From Alphaproteobacteria bacterium (GTDB lineage: Bacteria > Pseudomonadota > Alphaproteobacteria > MPNO01 > UBA830): a stretch of 64,000 nucleotides of DNA. The notes beneath the pieces are model-generated. The model searched no databases and had not been told where the DNA came from. It saw only the letters and a list, made by a program, of their open reading frames with translations. The position numbers and the translations under genes were made by a program. This document shows positions 49,991 through 60,084 of this stretch, in pieces (within the stretch, counting starts at the first letter, position 1; each line of letters opens with the position of its first letter). The DNA lies in the NCBI GenBank assembly GCA_965243135.1, contig OZ251539.1, positions 3,968,001 through 4,032,000 of the forward strand, given 5' to 3'.

Positions 49991-52900
49991 TCAGAATTGG
50001 CGGACGAGACGCAATTCGGCGCGATTGCGGTCGTAGTGATAAAGCTGCGCGTTGGATTTTCGGACCTCGTTCGCCAGAACGAGCTGCGGGCTGAAGCCCC
50101 ATACGGTAAACGCCCGGTTGAAGGCCGAGACGCTCAAGACGCCGACCCGATCTCTTCGGGACGCCCCGTCCGGAGTGAACGGCCACCAGCGGCCCCGGTA
50201 TTCCGTCCTCCGCAATTCGGCGTTCCCGCCGAACGTGAAGCCGAACGGAACCGCGACGGCGACGCCGGCCCGCGCCCAACGCGAAGAATTGCGCCATACC
50301 GGCGAAGCCGGACGCTCGCGGGCGTAGCCCTGCCCTGTGAACACAAACAAGGCTCTGGACAGAGACAATCGATTCGCGTATTCACCAAGACGCCATGGAT
50401 ACGCAGAATCTTGTCAAGCAACGCCTGAGCACGCCTGAGGCATTGCAGCGGGTCGGCGGATTACTGTCTGCCGAACCGCAACTTTCGCGAGCCGAACTCA
50501 GCCGCAGGGTTTGTCACGAGTTCGGCTTTTTCGATGCCCGCGGGCGTCCGCAGATCAGTAGTTGCAACGCGGCTCTTGGCGTTCTCGCGACGGACGGACG
50601 GATTGCTCTGCCGCCACCGCGAGGAAGCGGAGGCCGCCGGGTGCGCCGCAACCCGGAACCGGTGCCGCCCGCGGTAGACGTTCCCGAACGGGTGGATCTC
50701 ATCGAGGAGCTACAGTTGGTCCCGGTGCAGAACCCTGCACAGAGCGCAATCTGGAACGAATTGATGATCACGGAACACCCCCTCGGCAAGGCGGTGCTGG
50801 TTGGTTATCAGTGCCGTTATCTCGTGGGTTCGTCCCATGGCTGGCTCGGCGCGGTGGGTTTTGCCGCCTCGGCGCGGCGCCTGGCGGCGCGCGACAACTG
50901 GATCGGCTGGGACGACAAGACGCGGGAGCGGCGCCTTCACCGCATCGTCGGGCTGAACCGCTTTCTGATCCGGCCCGGCGTCGAGTGCCGCAATCTCGCG
51001 TCACAGGTGTTGAGCATGTCGCTGACGACGATGGCGCAGGACTTCGAGGAACGCTACGGCCATCGCCCCTGGTTGGTGGAGACCTTTGTCGACCCGGCGC
51101 ATCACCTAGGGATCTCGCTCCGCGCGGCGAACTGGACGCATGTGGGCGCAACTCGCGGACGCGGCCGGCAGGACCGGAAAGGACTGGCGGCCGAGTCCAT
51201 GAAAGAGATATACATGTACGAGCTCGAACCGGGTTGCCGGGCAACGCTGAGCGCCCGGCCGGCCCTCCCGGTGCCGGTCGGCGAAGGGCTGTCGCGCGAG
51301 TGCTGGGCCGAGAACGAGTTCGGAGGTGCGCCGTTGGGAGACAAGCGTCTGGCGAAGCGCCTGGTCGACAGTGCCCATGCCCAGGCGGAGGCACCGCACG
51401 CTCCCTTCTCGGTAGCGGCGGGCGGAAACATGGCGGCAGTGACGGGGTTTTACCGCCTGCCGTCCGCGAGACGAGCCGGGGGCGGTCACGCCGGAAAACA
51501 TCCTGACGCCGCACAAGGAGCGCACGCTCGGGCGAATGCAGACACGGGATACGGTTCTGTGCCTTCAGGACGGCACCGACCTGAACTTCGCCACGCGTGC
51601 GCAGTGCGACGACCTGGGCGTAATTGGGCACAACCAGACCAGCGCCAAGACCGCCGGACTTCATCTGCACACGACGATGGCGGTGGATGACGCCGGCTTG
51701 CCGCTGGGTCTGCTGAAGCTCGAGTTCGACGCGCCTCGGCCGGGCAAGGACAAGCTGCCGGAAGAACGCAAGTCGGCACGGTGGCTTCGAGGGCTGCGCG
51801 AATGCGCCGAGGCGGCCCGGCGGCTCGAAGGTACGCAACTGGTCAGCGTGATGGACCGGGAAGCGGACTTCTTCGAAATGTTCGCCGAGCAGCGGCGTCT
51901 CGGCAATATCGACATTCTGGTGCGCGCCAAGCACAGCCGGAAGTTGTCGAAAACGGAGAAGCTGTTCGACAGCGTCCGCGCCGCGCCGGTTCAAGGGCAC
52001 CGGAAACTTACGGTCTCGCGCCTGAGCCAACGGCCCAAGGTCAGCAAACGCAAGGCGACGAACGGGCGCAAGGAACGCGTCGCCGACATGGAGATTCGGA
52101 CCGTCTCTCTGCCGCCGACGTCGGGCGGAACCGCGCCGCTTCCCGTTCAGGTCGTTCACATCAGCGAGCCGAAGCCGCCGGAAGGGGCCAAACCGGTCGA
52201 ATGGTTCCTGCTTACCACGGTCGCCGTTTCGTCCGTCGAAGACGCCATGCGGGTCGTGGGTTGGTACGCCCTGAGATGGCGCATCGAAGACTGGCATCGC
52301 ACGCTGAAGTCCGGGTGCAAGGTCGAAGAAACGGGCCACCGCACCGCAGCGCGCCTCGAACGCGTGATTGCGATCAACGCAGTCATCGCATGGCGCGTCA
52401 TGCTGATGGCGCTGCTGGCGCGCGAGACGCCGGACGTCCCCGCCGGGCTCATGTTCTCGGACATGGAACTGCTCGTCATCGAAGACTACGCGACGAAACT
52501 GCCGAGAACGCCGAAGCCGAGGACGCTCAAAGAAGCGGTGCTGATCGTCGCCATCATGGCCGGCTACCGCAACCGCAAGCACGACCCGCCGCCCGGCCAT
52601 CAGAAAATCTGGCAGGGTTATTCCTATCTCTCCGGCTATTGTCAGGCATACGAGGATCTGGCGGAAATCAAGAAATCGGGACGATCGCATCCCCTGCTCA
52701 GTCCAGAAGGGGATTTGTGATGACAGGGCAGGCGTAGCCGGCCTCCATGTCGATCCGCAAAGTCTGCGTCGCGCGCCAGACGGCGACGAGCGCAGCGTCC
52801 ATGATCGGCCCGTCGAACCGCCGGTCGTCCCGCCGATGCTCGCGTCGATGCCAGGATGCCTGCGCCCGCACCGTCCATCGCCGGTCGAGGCGGCGCTTGA

Positions 52901-53762
52901 CTTCGAGCCGCGCTCCAAGCGCGCGGCTGTGCGGCGTTCCCGCAAACCAGCGGCGGCCGCTGGCCAAGAGGCTGGCCTCGGTTTCTTCGTCCGCCAACCA
53001 GCGCGGACCGAGGTGTCCCGACAGGTAGGTGCGGTCGAACCCGCTCCCTGCGTACTCCCGACGGGCGACGTCCGCGCCGACGCGCAACCGCAGCCGGGAG
53101 TTGAGCGGGTGCTGGTATTCTCCGCCGCCCCAGACGACGATTCCCGTCCCGGAACGCTTTTCCTGCGGCGCGTCCAAGCGGAACGGCAGTCCGCCGATGT
53201 AGAGGATCCGCGCGCCCGAAACCGCGTTGACGTTGCTGTCCGGCGCCAGCGCGGCCCCGAAATAACCTCGCGCCCGGCGGCGCGCCCTGATCTCGTTGAG
53301 GAAACGGCGAACGTTGGCCGCCACCGCGGGCGGCGGCTCTCCGGCCAGAACGCGCTCGAAATGGGTCCGCGAAAGATCGTCATCCCCGAGCAGGAAAAAC
53401 GCTCGCGCCAGTTCGAGGCGAACGCGCGTCAAGGCCGGTCGATCGACCAGAATGGCGCGCAGGGCAGCGACGGCTTCGCGAAGCAAGGCGGCCCGGTCCG
53501 GGGTTCCGGCCCGTTCGGCCGCCCCGATCGCCGCCAGGCCGACGAGGAACAGCACGTCGGTCCTGTCCGGGTGGTTCGGCGCGAGCGGACGAAGGGCGGC
53601 GAGCGCTTCGTCGAAGCGGCCGCTTTCGACCATCGCCCTCGCGGCCCTGACCCGGGGATCCGACGACAGATGCGACCGATCAGGCGCGCCGACGGCCGAG
53701 GCGTGCGACAGGAAAACGGCAAGAAGAGCGCAGGCCGCTCGCGTCCATGCCTTCGTCGCCAC
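49991..53762 (-). pseudogene. Slam-like (TPR + DUF560 beta-barrel) surface lipoprotein assembly modifier, split by an IS4 element
   Basis: Signal peptide; RVRLELARAFF TPR; APDSNVN; ..MEAGYA|IS|RER..SNAQLYHYDRNRAELRLVRQF with terminal Phe. Confidence 0.85.
50330..52731 (+). mobile_element. IS4-family (IS50/Tn5-like) element whose transposase has an N-terminal DUF4338-like domain; frameshift near 51460
   Basis: TIRs CTGCCCTGTGAACACAAA / CTGCCCTGTCATCACAAA; TSD (G)GCGTAGCC; LGDKRL, QDGT, DREAD, YALRWRIEDWHRTLKSGC; N-terminal NRFLIRP..NLAS..VETFVD. Confidence 0.92.
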
Positions 53763-53770
53763 GCGCAACC

Positions 53771-54772
53771 CTATTGTTCGTCCTGCCGATCCGCGCTGAA
53801 GGCGCCGACGAGACTGCCTGTCGCTCCGTCGGCGCCCGTCGCCGCGCCGAACGTGCCGGCGACGGAGGAGGGAGCGCCGGTCCCGCCGCCGAAGAACTGG
53901 CCGCCCCATCGGCCGTCATAAGTTCGACCATCGAAACTCATGCTGGTAGAGCCAGTGAAAAATCCGCCTTCCGCACTCCCGATTTCCGTCGAATTCAGAG
54001 TCAAGGTTGCGTCGAGACGGCTGGACGACGTAACGACGTTGCTGACCTCTCCGGAAATCGATCCCAAGTCGGTCTCGTCCCCGAAATCCGCCGTCAGAGA
54101 GACGTCGGCGCCGAAGGGCCCCGCTTCGCCTCCGCCAGGGTCGTCGGCGTAATACACGCCAAACGCTCGTCCGCCATAGGTCGCGCTATCCGTCAAAGCC
54201 GCCAGATTTTCCTGGGGAAAGGGATTGCCGCCGTCCGCAAACGCTCCGAATTCGTAGTCTTCGATCTCCTCGCTGTTCGGGACAAAAGCCCATACGCCGG
54301 CGGCCAGCCAATCCGTGGTCCCCTCTGCGGGCTCTCGCGCGAAGGCGACGACGATCCTTTGCCCGCCCGTCTCCTGACTGACCAGTCCGATGCCGCCTTC
54401 AGGCACGTCGTTCGATCGCTGGGCGCTGGCGGAAGCGACTGTCCAGCCCGCCGTCCCGTCGGCATCCTGCGTAATCGTAAAATCGTTCTCATTGAACGCG
54501 ACGCTGACATGATCGACGGTCACATTGTCGCTATCGACATTCGAGGATTGCGTGACGCTGCCAAGCCTCGGAACGCTCCTTGCGGCAACGACGGCCGTCG
54601 CCGGCCTGCTGTCGGCAACCACTTGGGTCAGCGAGCGCGACGCCGACGGCGGCTGCGGCATTGTCGATGGCTGCGGCCCCGCCGCAGGCGTCCCGGAGCC
54701 GGAGGAACCGCCGCAACCGACAAGCGGCAGCGCGAGCGCCAAGAACGCCAAGCTCGTAGCTCTGAAGACCAT
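53771..54772 (-). CDS. Transferrin-binding-protein (TbpB barrel)-like surface lipoprotein, probable Slam cargo
   Basis: Lipobox LVGC and G/S/P linker; WLAAGVW, ATYGGRAFG, LTADF, GRWGGQFFG..VAGTFG..LVGAF. Confidence 0.8.
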   Translation of the reverse strand: MVFRATSLAFLALALPLVGCGGSSGSGTPAAGPQPSTMPQPPSASRSLTQVVADSRPATAVVAARSVPRLGSVTQSSNVDSDNVTVDHVSVAFNENDFTITQDADGTAGWTVASASAQRSNDVPEGGIGLVSQETGGQRIVVAFAREPAEGTTDWLAAGVWAFVPNSEEIEDYEFGAFADGGNPFPQENLAALTDSATYGGRAFGVYYADDPGGGEAGPFGADVSLTADFGDETDLGSISGEVSNVVTSSSRLDATLTLNSTEIGSAEGGFFTGSTSMSFDGRTYDGRWGGQFFGGGTGAPSSVAGTFGAATGADGATGSLVGAFSADRQDEQ

Positions 54773-55053
54773 GATTCGTACTCCCCTCGTTGAACGGATC
54801 GAACATATATAAGGACGTTACCTAAATCGTCAATGTTTTTTCGAGCGACGCTTCGTCCGTTTTCGGCTTCGTCGCCGCAAGGATTGGCGCCCGCGCCGCC
54901 GAGCAGGCGCCGTCTCCTGAATCGATAGTCTCGCGAGATAAACGCCCGCCCGGACGCCTGGAGGCTCGCTCGCCAACGCCGCCGTCTCTCCGGCGCGACC
55001 CTCGGGAGAGCCGAATTTTGCAGGCGGGCACGGTTCCGCGATCCTGCACCGGC

Positions 55054-55310
55054 CTTCCCCGGCGGCAAAGAAGCGACCCGGGCTGCCCCGCCACGAGCGC
55101 GACGAACTCGGCGTCCGGCCGGGGCAACCTCGCAAGGAGCCGGTTTTCTCGCCACGCTCCGCCGGTCGCTTGCGTTTCGTCCTGCAGGGCATCGTCGAGG
55201 TCGCCGACGCGGCGGCGCGCCTCGCGACCGGAAATCCCCGACCGCCGGAAAGCCGAGCGGGTTTCGTCCGGCTCCGGACGACGCCCTCGCCCGACACGCG
55301 AACCGACGCA
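55054..55310 (+). repeat. Diverged ~250-bp direct repeat (copy 2)
   Basis: Homologous to 49663-49915. Confidence 0.65.
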
Positions 55311-55964
55311 ACCGCCGGCCGTGGAGAAACGCCCGCCGGCCGCCCGACACGGCAGTTCACGAAGCCTTCGTCCGGAGCGGAAATCGCCGCAACCGACTTT
55401 GCCCTTCTCCTCGACCGGCGGTTCGCTTCCGGAAAATTCGCCGGCAACGGCCGCCTTGAGCGGAGCCGCGACGAACAACAGCCGCCGATAACGCGAGCCG
55501 CGCGCGGCCGACAAAGGCCGTCCGCCGGGCCTCAAGGGTGCAACAGCGGCCGCAGGAACGCTCCGCTCGGCACCGGTTTCGGGACCACGGCGCTCCGCCT
55601 GCAGACGTTGTCGCCGAAGAGCGGGCGGGTTTGCCGGGACCGGTCCAGGAGGCGAAACTCGAGAGGGCGAGAAAATCCATTTCAGCAGGGAAAATTTCCG
55701 CGGAACGGCGGCCTCTCGCCCGTCGTCGGCGCAACGCGAGTTGAGCCATTGCCCCGGGCGCGGCAAACCGCCGTTTTCTCCGCCTCCGCCCGGTCGCCGC
55801 CCCTGCGGCGAACGGCCGCGCCGGGCGAAAGCCCGGCGAAGGGGACGCGCCATGGGCCGGAGAGAAAACGTCGACGCCGGAAAAGAACTCCGGGAAGGAA
55901 GACGCGCGCCGGACGCCCCGTCCGCCGACGGAAGTTGCCGCCGCGCGGCGCGACCGCCCTCTCC

Positions 55965-55993
55965 TTGACGGCTCCGGCATGGCTGCCTACCCT
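55965..55993 (+). promoter_or_regulatory. sigma70-type promoter, probably leaderless, of AAA copy 5
   Basis: TTGACG-N17-TACCCT-N6-ATG(56000). Confidence 0.65.
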
Positions 55994-55999
55994 CGCCGA

Positions 56000-57535
56000 A
56001 TGGTGAAACGCATGCTTCCGACCGGCATGACCTCTCTCCGCAAAATCCGGACGAGGGATTGCTACTATGTCGACAAGACGGACCATGTGCGCCGTCTCGT
56101 CGAAGGGGGCGATTACTATTTCCTGTCGCGTCCGCGCCGGTTCGGCAAGACCCTCCTGGTGGACACGCTGCAAGAGCTGTTCGAGGGAAACGAGGAGTTG
56201 TTCCGGGGCCTCGCCGTCCACGGCAGGTGGGACTGGTCGGCGCGCCATCCGGTCGTGCGGCTCAGCTTCGGCGGGCGCAATTTCGTCGTCCCGGACCGCG
56301 TTCGAAAAGATGTGGAGGACCAGCTGGGCGAGACGGAGCGGCTGGCCGGCCTCGAACCAGGCGCTGGCGAGGCGGCGGTCCGTTTCCGGCGCCTGATAAG
56401 GACGCTGCACGAGCGCACCGGGCAGCGGGCGGTCGTGCTGGTGGACGAGTACGACAAGCCGATTCTGGACGCGCTCGGCGACCGGGAACTGGCGCTGGCC
56501 AACCGCGGCCTCCTGCGCGATCTGTACGGGGTGCTCAAGGACTGCGACGAGCATCTCCGTTTCGTTTTCCTGACGGGCGTGAGCAAGTTCTCGCATGCGG
56601 GCCTGTTCTCGGGCCTGAACAACCTGATCGACATCACGCTGGAACCGGAGTTCTCGGACATCTGCGGCTGCACGGACGCGGAACTGGACGCGGTCTTCGC
56701 CCCGGAACTCGAGGGCCTGGACCGGGACGAGGTCCGCCGCTGGTACAACGGCTACAACTGGCGCGGGCCGGAGAGGGTCTACAACCCGTTCGGCCTGCTG
56801 CTGCTGTTTCGGCGGCGCGAGTTCCGCCCGTACTGGTTCCAGAGCGGCACGCCGACCTTCCTGGTCGAGACGCTGGCGCGCCGCGACCTGCCCACCCCGG
56901 ATCTGGACGGCATGACCGGCAGCGAGAGCCTGCTTTCGTCCGTCGACGTGGACAATATCTCGATCGAGGCGCTTCTGTTCCAGACCGGCTACCTCACCAT
57001 CGCGGGCGAGGAGGACGGGCGCTACAGGCTGGACTACCCGAACCTCGAGGTGCGCCAGAGCCTGGGAGAGGCCCTGCTGGGAGAACTGCTCCCGGCCGAG
57101 GCGCGCAAGAAGACGGAGCGCCTACAGCTGAGCGAGCTTCTGGAGGCGAACGACTTCGAGCGCCTCGGGACCCTGTTCCGCGGCGTCTTCGCCGCCATCC
57201 CGCACCAGTGGTACGCGAATAGTCCGGTCGCAAAGTACGAGGCCCATTACGCGAGCGTCATCCATAGCTGCTTCCTGATGGAGGGCTTCGAGCCGGTGGC
57301 CGAGGACAGCGGCAGCCTGGGGCGCGCCGACATGGCGATCCGCGCCGGCGGGCGCGTCTACCTGTTCGAGTTCAAGGTGGTGGAGCGCGGGCGGGAGGGG
57401 ATCGCGCTCGCGCAGTTGCGGGAGAAGGGCTACGCGGACAAGTACCGCCATCTCGGGCGTTCGGTGCACCTGATCGGGGTGGAGTTCAGCCGCGAGGAGC
57501 GCAACGTCGTCGGGTTCGATTGCGAGGCCGCCTGA
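56000..57535 (+). CDS. AAA-ATPase-like / PD-(D/E)XK nuclease family protein, copy 5 (divergent C-terminal half)
   Basis: RPRRFGKT, VDEYDKP, EAHY, GRADM..FEFK. Confidence 0.92.
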   Translation: MVKRMLPTGMTSLRKIRTRDCYYVDKTDHVRRLVEGGDYYFLSRPRRFGKTLLVDTLQELFEGNEELFRGLAVHGRWDWSARHPVVRLSFGGRNFVVPDRVRKDVEDQLGETERLAGLEPGAGEAAVRFRRLIRTLHERTGQRAVVLVDEYDKPILDALGDRELALANRGLLRDLYGVLKDCDEHLRFVFLTGVSKFSHAGLFSGLNNLIDITLEPEFSDICGCTDAELDAVFAPELEGLDRDEVRRWYNGYNWRGPERVYNPFGLLLLFRRREFRPYWFQSGTPTFLVETLARRDLPTPDLDGMTGSESLLSSVDVDNISIEALLFQTGYLTIAGEEDGRYRLDYPNLEVRQSLGEALLGELLPAEARKKTERLQLSELLEANDFERLGTLFRGVFAAIPHQWYANSPVAKYEAHYASVIHSCFLMEGFEPVAEDSGSLGRADMAIRAGGRVYLFEFKVVERGREGIALAQLREKGYADKYRHLGRSVHLIGVEFSREERNVVGFDCEAA

Positions 57536-57556
57536 AGCCGGGAGAGTTCGACGTTC

Positions 57557-57692
57557 CGGGTGCAGATCTATTCTGTAAAATCCTGTTTTGTTCCGGAAAA
57601 AGGATTCCGGTGCCAGGCGACGTCCGGCGCCCGATTTTCATTTGCAGCCTGCGCTTCGGTCATCGCTTGCCATGCGGCACCGAAGCGGCCCG
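57557..57692 (-). mobile_element. Terminal remnant of an IS related to 33457-35108
   Basis: GGGTGCAGATCTATTCTGTAAAATCCTGTTTTGTTCCGGAAAAAGGATTCC... is homologous to 33458-33595. Confidence 0.8.
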
Positions 57693-57941
57693 CCGCGCCA
57701 ACCTCTTCCGGCGGGCGATACGTCCGCGCGACACGGGTCGGCATGGAAGACTGCCTGCCTCTCCCGTCGCCGCAGAACCGAATCGACCATTCCCGGGCGG
57801 CGCAAGGGCGGAACAGCGGCGTCGCGTCGCGAACGACCCGCGCCCCGCATGGCGAGCGAAGGAGCGCAAGCTGCGGCGGGCATAATCTTGTTTGCAGTCC
57901 GACAGTTGCCCATATTCACACGAGCAAACAGGAGAAACCCG

Positions 57942-59750
57942 ATGACACAAGACCAACGCGCGCGCCGCGCAACGGCGCGCGTTTCCCTTGCGGCCCTCCT
58001 CGTCGCCCTTGCAACGCCGGGATGGGCGCAACTTCGGGAGCTGCCGGCCAGCGCGGCTTACGGCAATTACGCGGTCGGGGCCGCGACCGGCTTCGCCGTC
58101 GACCGACGGCAGCGTTTCGATCCCTGGAACACCGCCTACGCCGGCCCCGAATACCGCGCCATGCTGCGTCGCGTGGAAGCGGCGGGCCAGAGGCGCACCG
58201 TCGTGTTTCAATTGTGGTACCCGGCGGAACCGAACGCTTCCGCAAGACGCCTCGACGGGCCGCGCTCAACCTACCCGGCGGCGAGCGGCCGGCGCGCCAA
58301 CTATTTCGACTTCTTCTTCCAGGACGGCTCCATGGCCCCGCAGCTCGGCGCGGCGGCGCAGGTCGTCCTGCCCCAATACGTGCACCTTCGCGGCGGCGGC
58401 ACCCTCGCCGAGTCCGACGGCTCGGCGTTCGCCGAGATCGGCCAGCGAATCCTCAACGCCCCCCGGGGCGCGTGGCAGGACGCACGGGCCGCCGAAGGCA
58501 GGTTTCCGGTCGTTCTCCTCGCGCACGGCCTCGCCGGAAGCCACGCGATGTGGAGTTCGCTCGGCGAATTTCTCGCCTCGCACGGCTACATCGTCGCGGC
58601 GCCCACCTTCGTTTCGGACGGCGGACTGCCGCTCGCGTTTCACGACGAGGATTCGGCCTTCGCGAAGCAGGCGACGCCGGAAGAGCTGAAGAAGGCTTAC
58701 GAGCTGCTTCTCGGCGAAATCAAGGTGGTTCCCTATTTTTATCGGCTGACGTTCGGACAGGAAGGCCGCGGGTTCGCGCCGCCCGAAGGCTTCGACCCCG
58801 CGACCGCGAAAGTCGTTCCCGGCGGCGTGGAACGCGCCACGGCCATGATGCGCAATCTGTTCCGCCAGCGCGTATCGGACGCGGCGCTGGTGCTGCACGC
58901 CGTCCGCCTGCTCGGCCTCGCCCCCGACGCCTGCAGAACCGCGCTCGTCGCGATAGGATCGACCAGCGCCGCCCGCAATCTTTGCGGCCTGCTGACGGAC
59001 CGCGTCGACGGAGCGCGCGCAGGCGTCGCCGGGCATTCCCTCGGGTCGATGACGGCGCAGCTCGCCGCGAATCACGTTCCCGGCGTACAAGCGGCCATGG
59101 GCCTCAACAACGCGCCGCCCTTCAGCTGGACGCCGGAAGAAATGTTCGGCGCCGGCGAGGCGCGCGACGGCGGCCTGCCCGCAGGCAGCCGCAAGCCCGT
59201 GCTGATCATGATCGGGGACGAAGACGACTTCGTGCAGCGGGTGTTCATCAGTCTGTTCCAGTCGGCGGTCGCGGCGGCGGGAGGCTCGCCTGAAACAGCC
59301 TTTCCGCTGGCGCCCGAGCGCGCAGCGCCGGACCGGATCGAGAATCCCCAGCCGGTCGCGCTCAGCGCCTGGCGGCGCGCCTTGTCAGACCGGATGCTGG
59401 TGATCGTGCGCGATACCGATCACTTCACGATCGCCGAAGACTTCGCGCGTCTGTTTCCCTGGCCGAGGTTCCGGCGCGGCGAACTGCCGTTCGGCCCGAG
59501 TCCCGAGCGAACCCGCAAGCCCACCGGACCTCGCGCTTTCGGGCCGCCCGAGCCCGGAGAGCGCTACACCCAGCTCGGATGGACATCCGCAGGCGACGCC
59601 GGAGACGTGTATCTGCCCCATGTCGTGCGCGACTGGTACGCGAAGAACTGGTTCGACTGGCACCTGAAGGAAGACCGCGAAGCCCGCGCCCGGTTGCGGG
59701 ATCCAGACCCGTTCGGCGCCGTCACCGCGGTGCGGCGAGAACTGCGATAG
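57942..59750 (+). CDS. Secreted alpha/beta-hydrolase (PAF-acetylhydrolase-like)
   Basis: Signal peptide (..PGWA-Q); QLWYP, FPVVLLAHG..LASHGYIVAA, GHSLG nucleophile motif. Confidence 0.75.
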   Translation: MTQDQRARRATARVSLAALLVALATPGWAQLRELPASAAYGNYAVGAATGFAVDRRQRFDPWNTAYAGPEYRAMLRRVEAAGQRRTVVFQLWYPAEPNASARRLDGPRSTYPAASGRRANYFDFFFQDGSMAPQLGAAAQVVLPQYVHLRGGGTLAESDGSAFAEIGQRILNAPRGAWQDARAAEGRFPVVLLAHGLAGSHAMWSSLGEFLASHGYIVAAPTFVSDGGLPLAFHDEDSAFAKQATPEELKKAYELLLGEIKVVPYFYRLTFGQEGRGFAPPEGFDPATAKVVPGGVERATAMMRNLFRQRVSDAALVLHAVRLLGLAPDACRTALVAIGSTSAARNLCGLLTDRVDGARAGVAGHSLGSMTAQLAANHVPGVQAAMGLNNAPPFSWTPEEMFGAGEARDGGLPAGSRKPVLIMIGDEDDFVQRVFISLFQSAVAAAGGSPETAFPLAPERAAPDRIENPQPVALSAWRRALSDRMLVIVRDTDHFTIAEDFARLFPWPRFRRGELPFGPSPERTRKPTGPRAFGPPEPGERYTQLGWTSAGDAGDVYLPHVVRDWYAKNWFDWHLKEDREARARLRDPDPFGAVTAVRRELR

Positions 59751-59759
59751 CGCCGAGAA

Positions 59760-59785
59760 CGGCGGCGGGGCGCGCCCCGCCGCCG
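59760..59785. terminator. GC-rich hairpin after the hydrolase gene
   Basis: Palindrome CGGCGGCGGGGCGCGCCCCGCCGCCG; no U-tract. Confidence 0.4.
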
Positions 59786-60049
59786 GCGGCTCAGCCGCCG
59801 CGGAAGATGGAAAGAGCCATGCGCCGCGCGTGCGCCGGCAGATGTTCGTCGTAGCCTTTCCGGTCGGAATACTTGGGCAGCTTCGGTTCGCGTTCCCACT
59901 TCTTCAGGCTTCCGAACACGTTGTCGGCAAGCTGCTTCACCTTCGGCGCCGCTGCCGTCTCGCCGATCTCGCGCCGCCGCCGCCTCGCGGGCAGCGCTTG
60001 GCAATGACCGCGCCATTCTTGAATTCGCCCTGGCGGACACGCCTCCTCC

Positions 60050-60078
60050 TTGACGGTTCCGACGCGGCTGCCTACTCT
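60050..60078 (+). promoter_or_regulatory. sigma70-type promoter, probably leaderless, of AAA copy 6
   Basis: TTGACG-N17-TACTCT-N6-ATG(60085). Confidence 0.65.
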
Positions 60079-60084
60079 CGCCGA

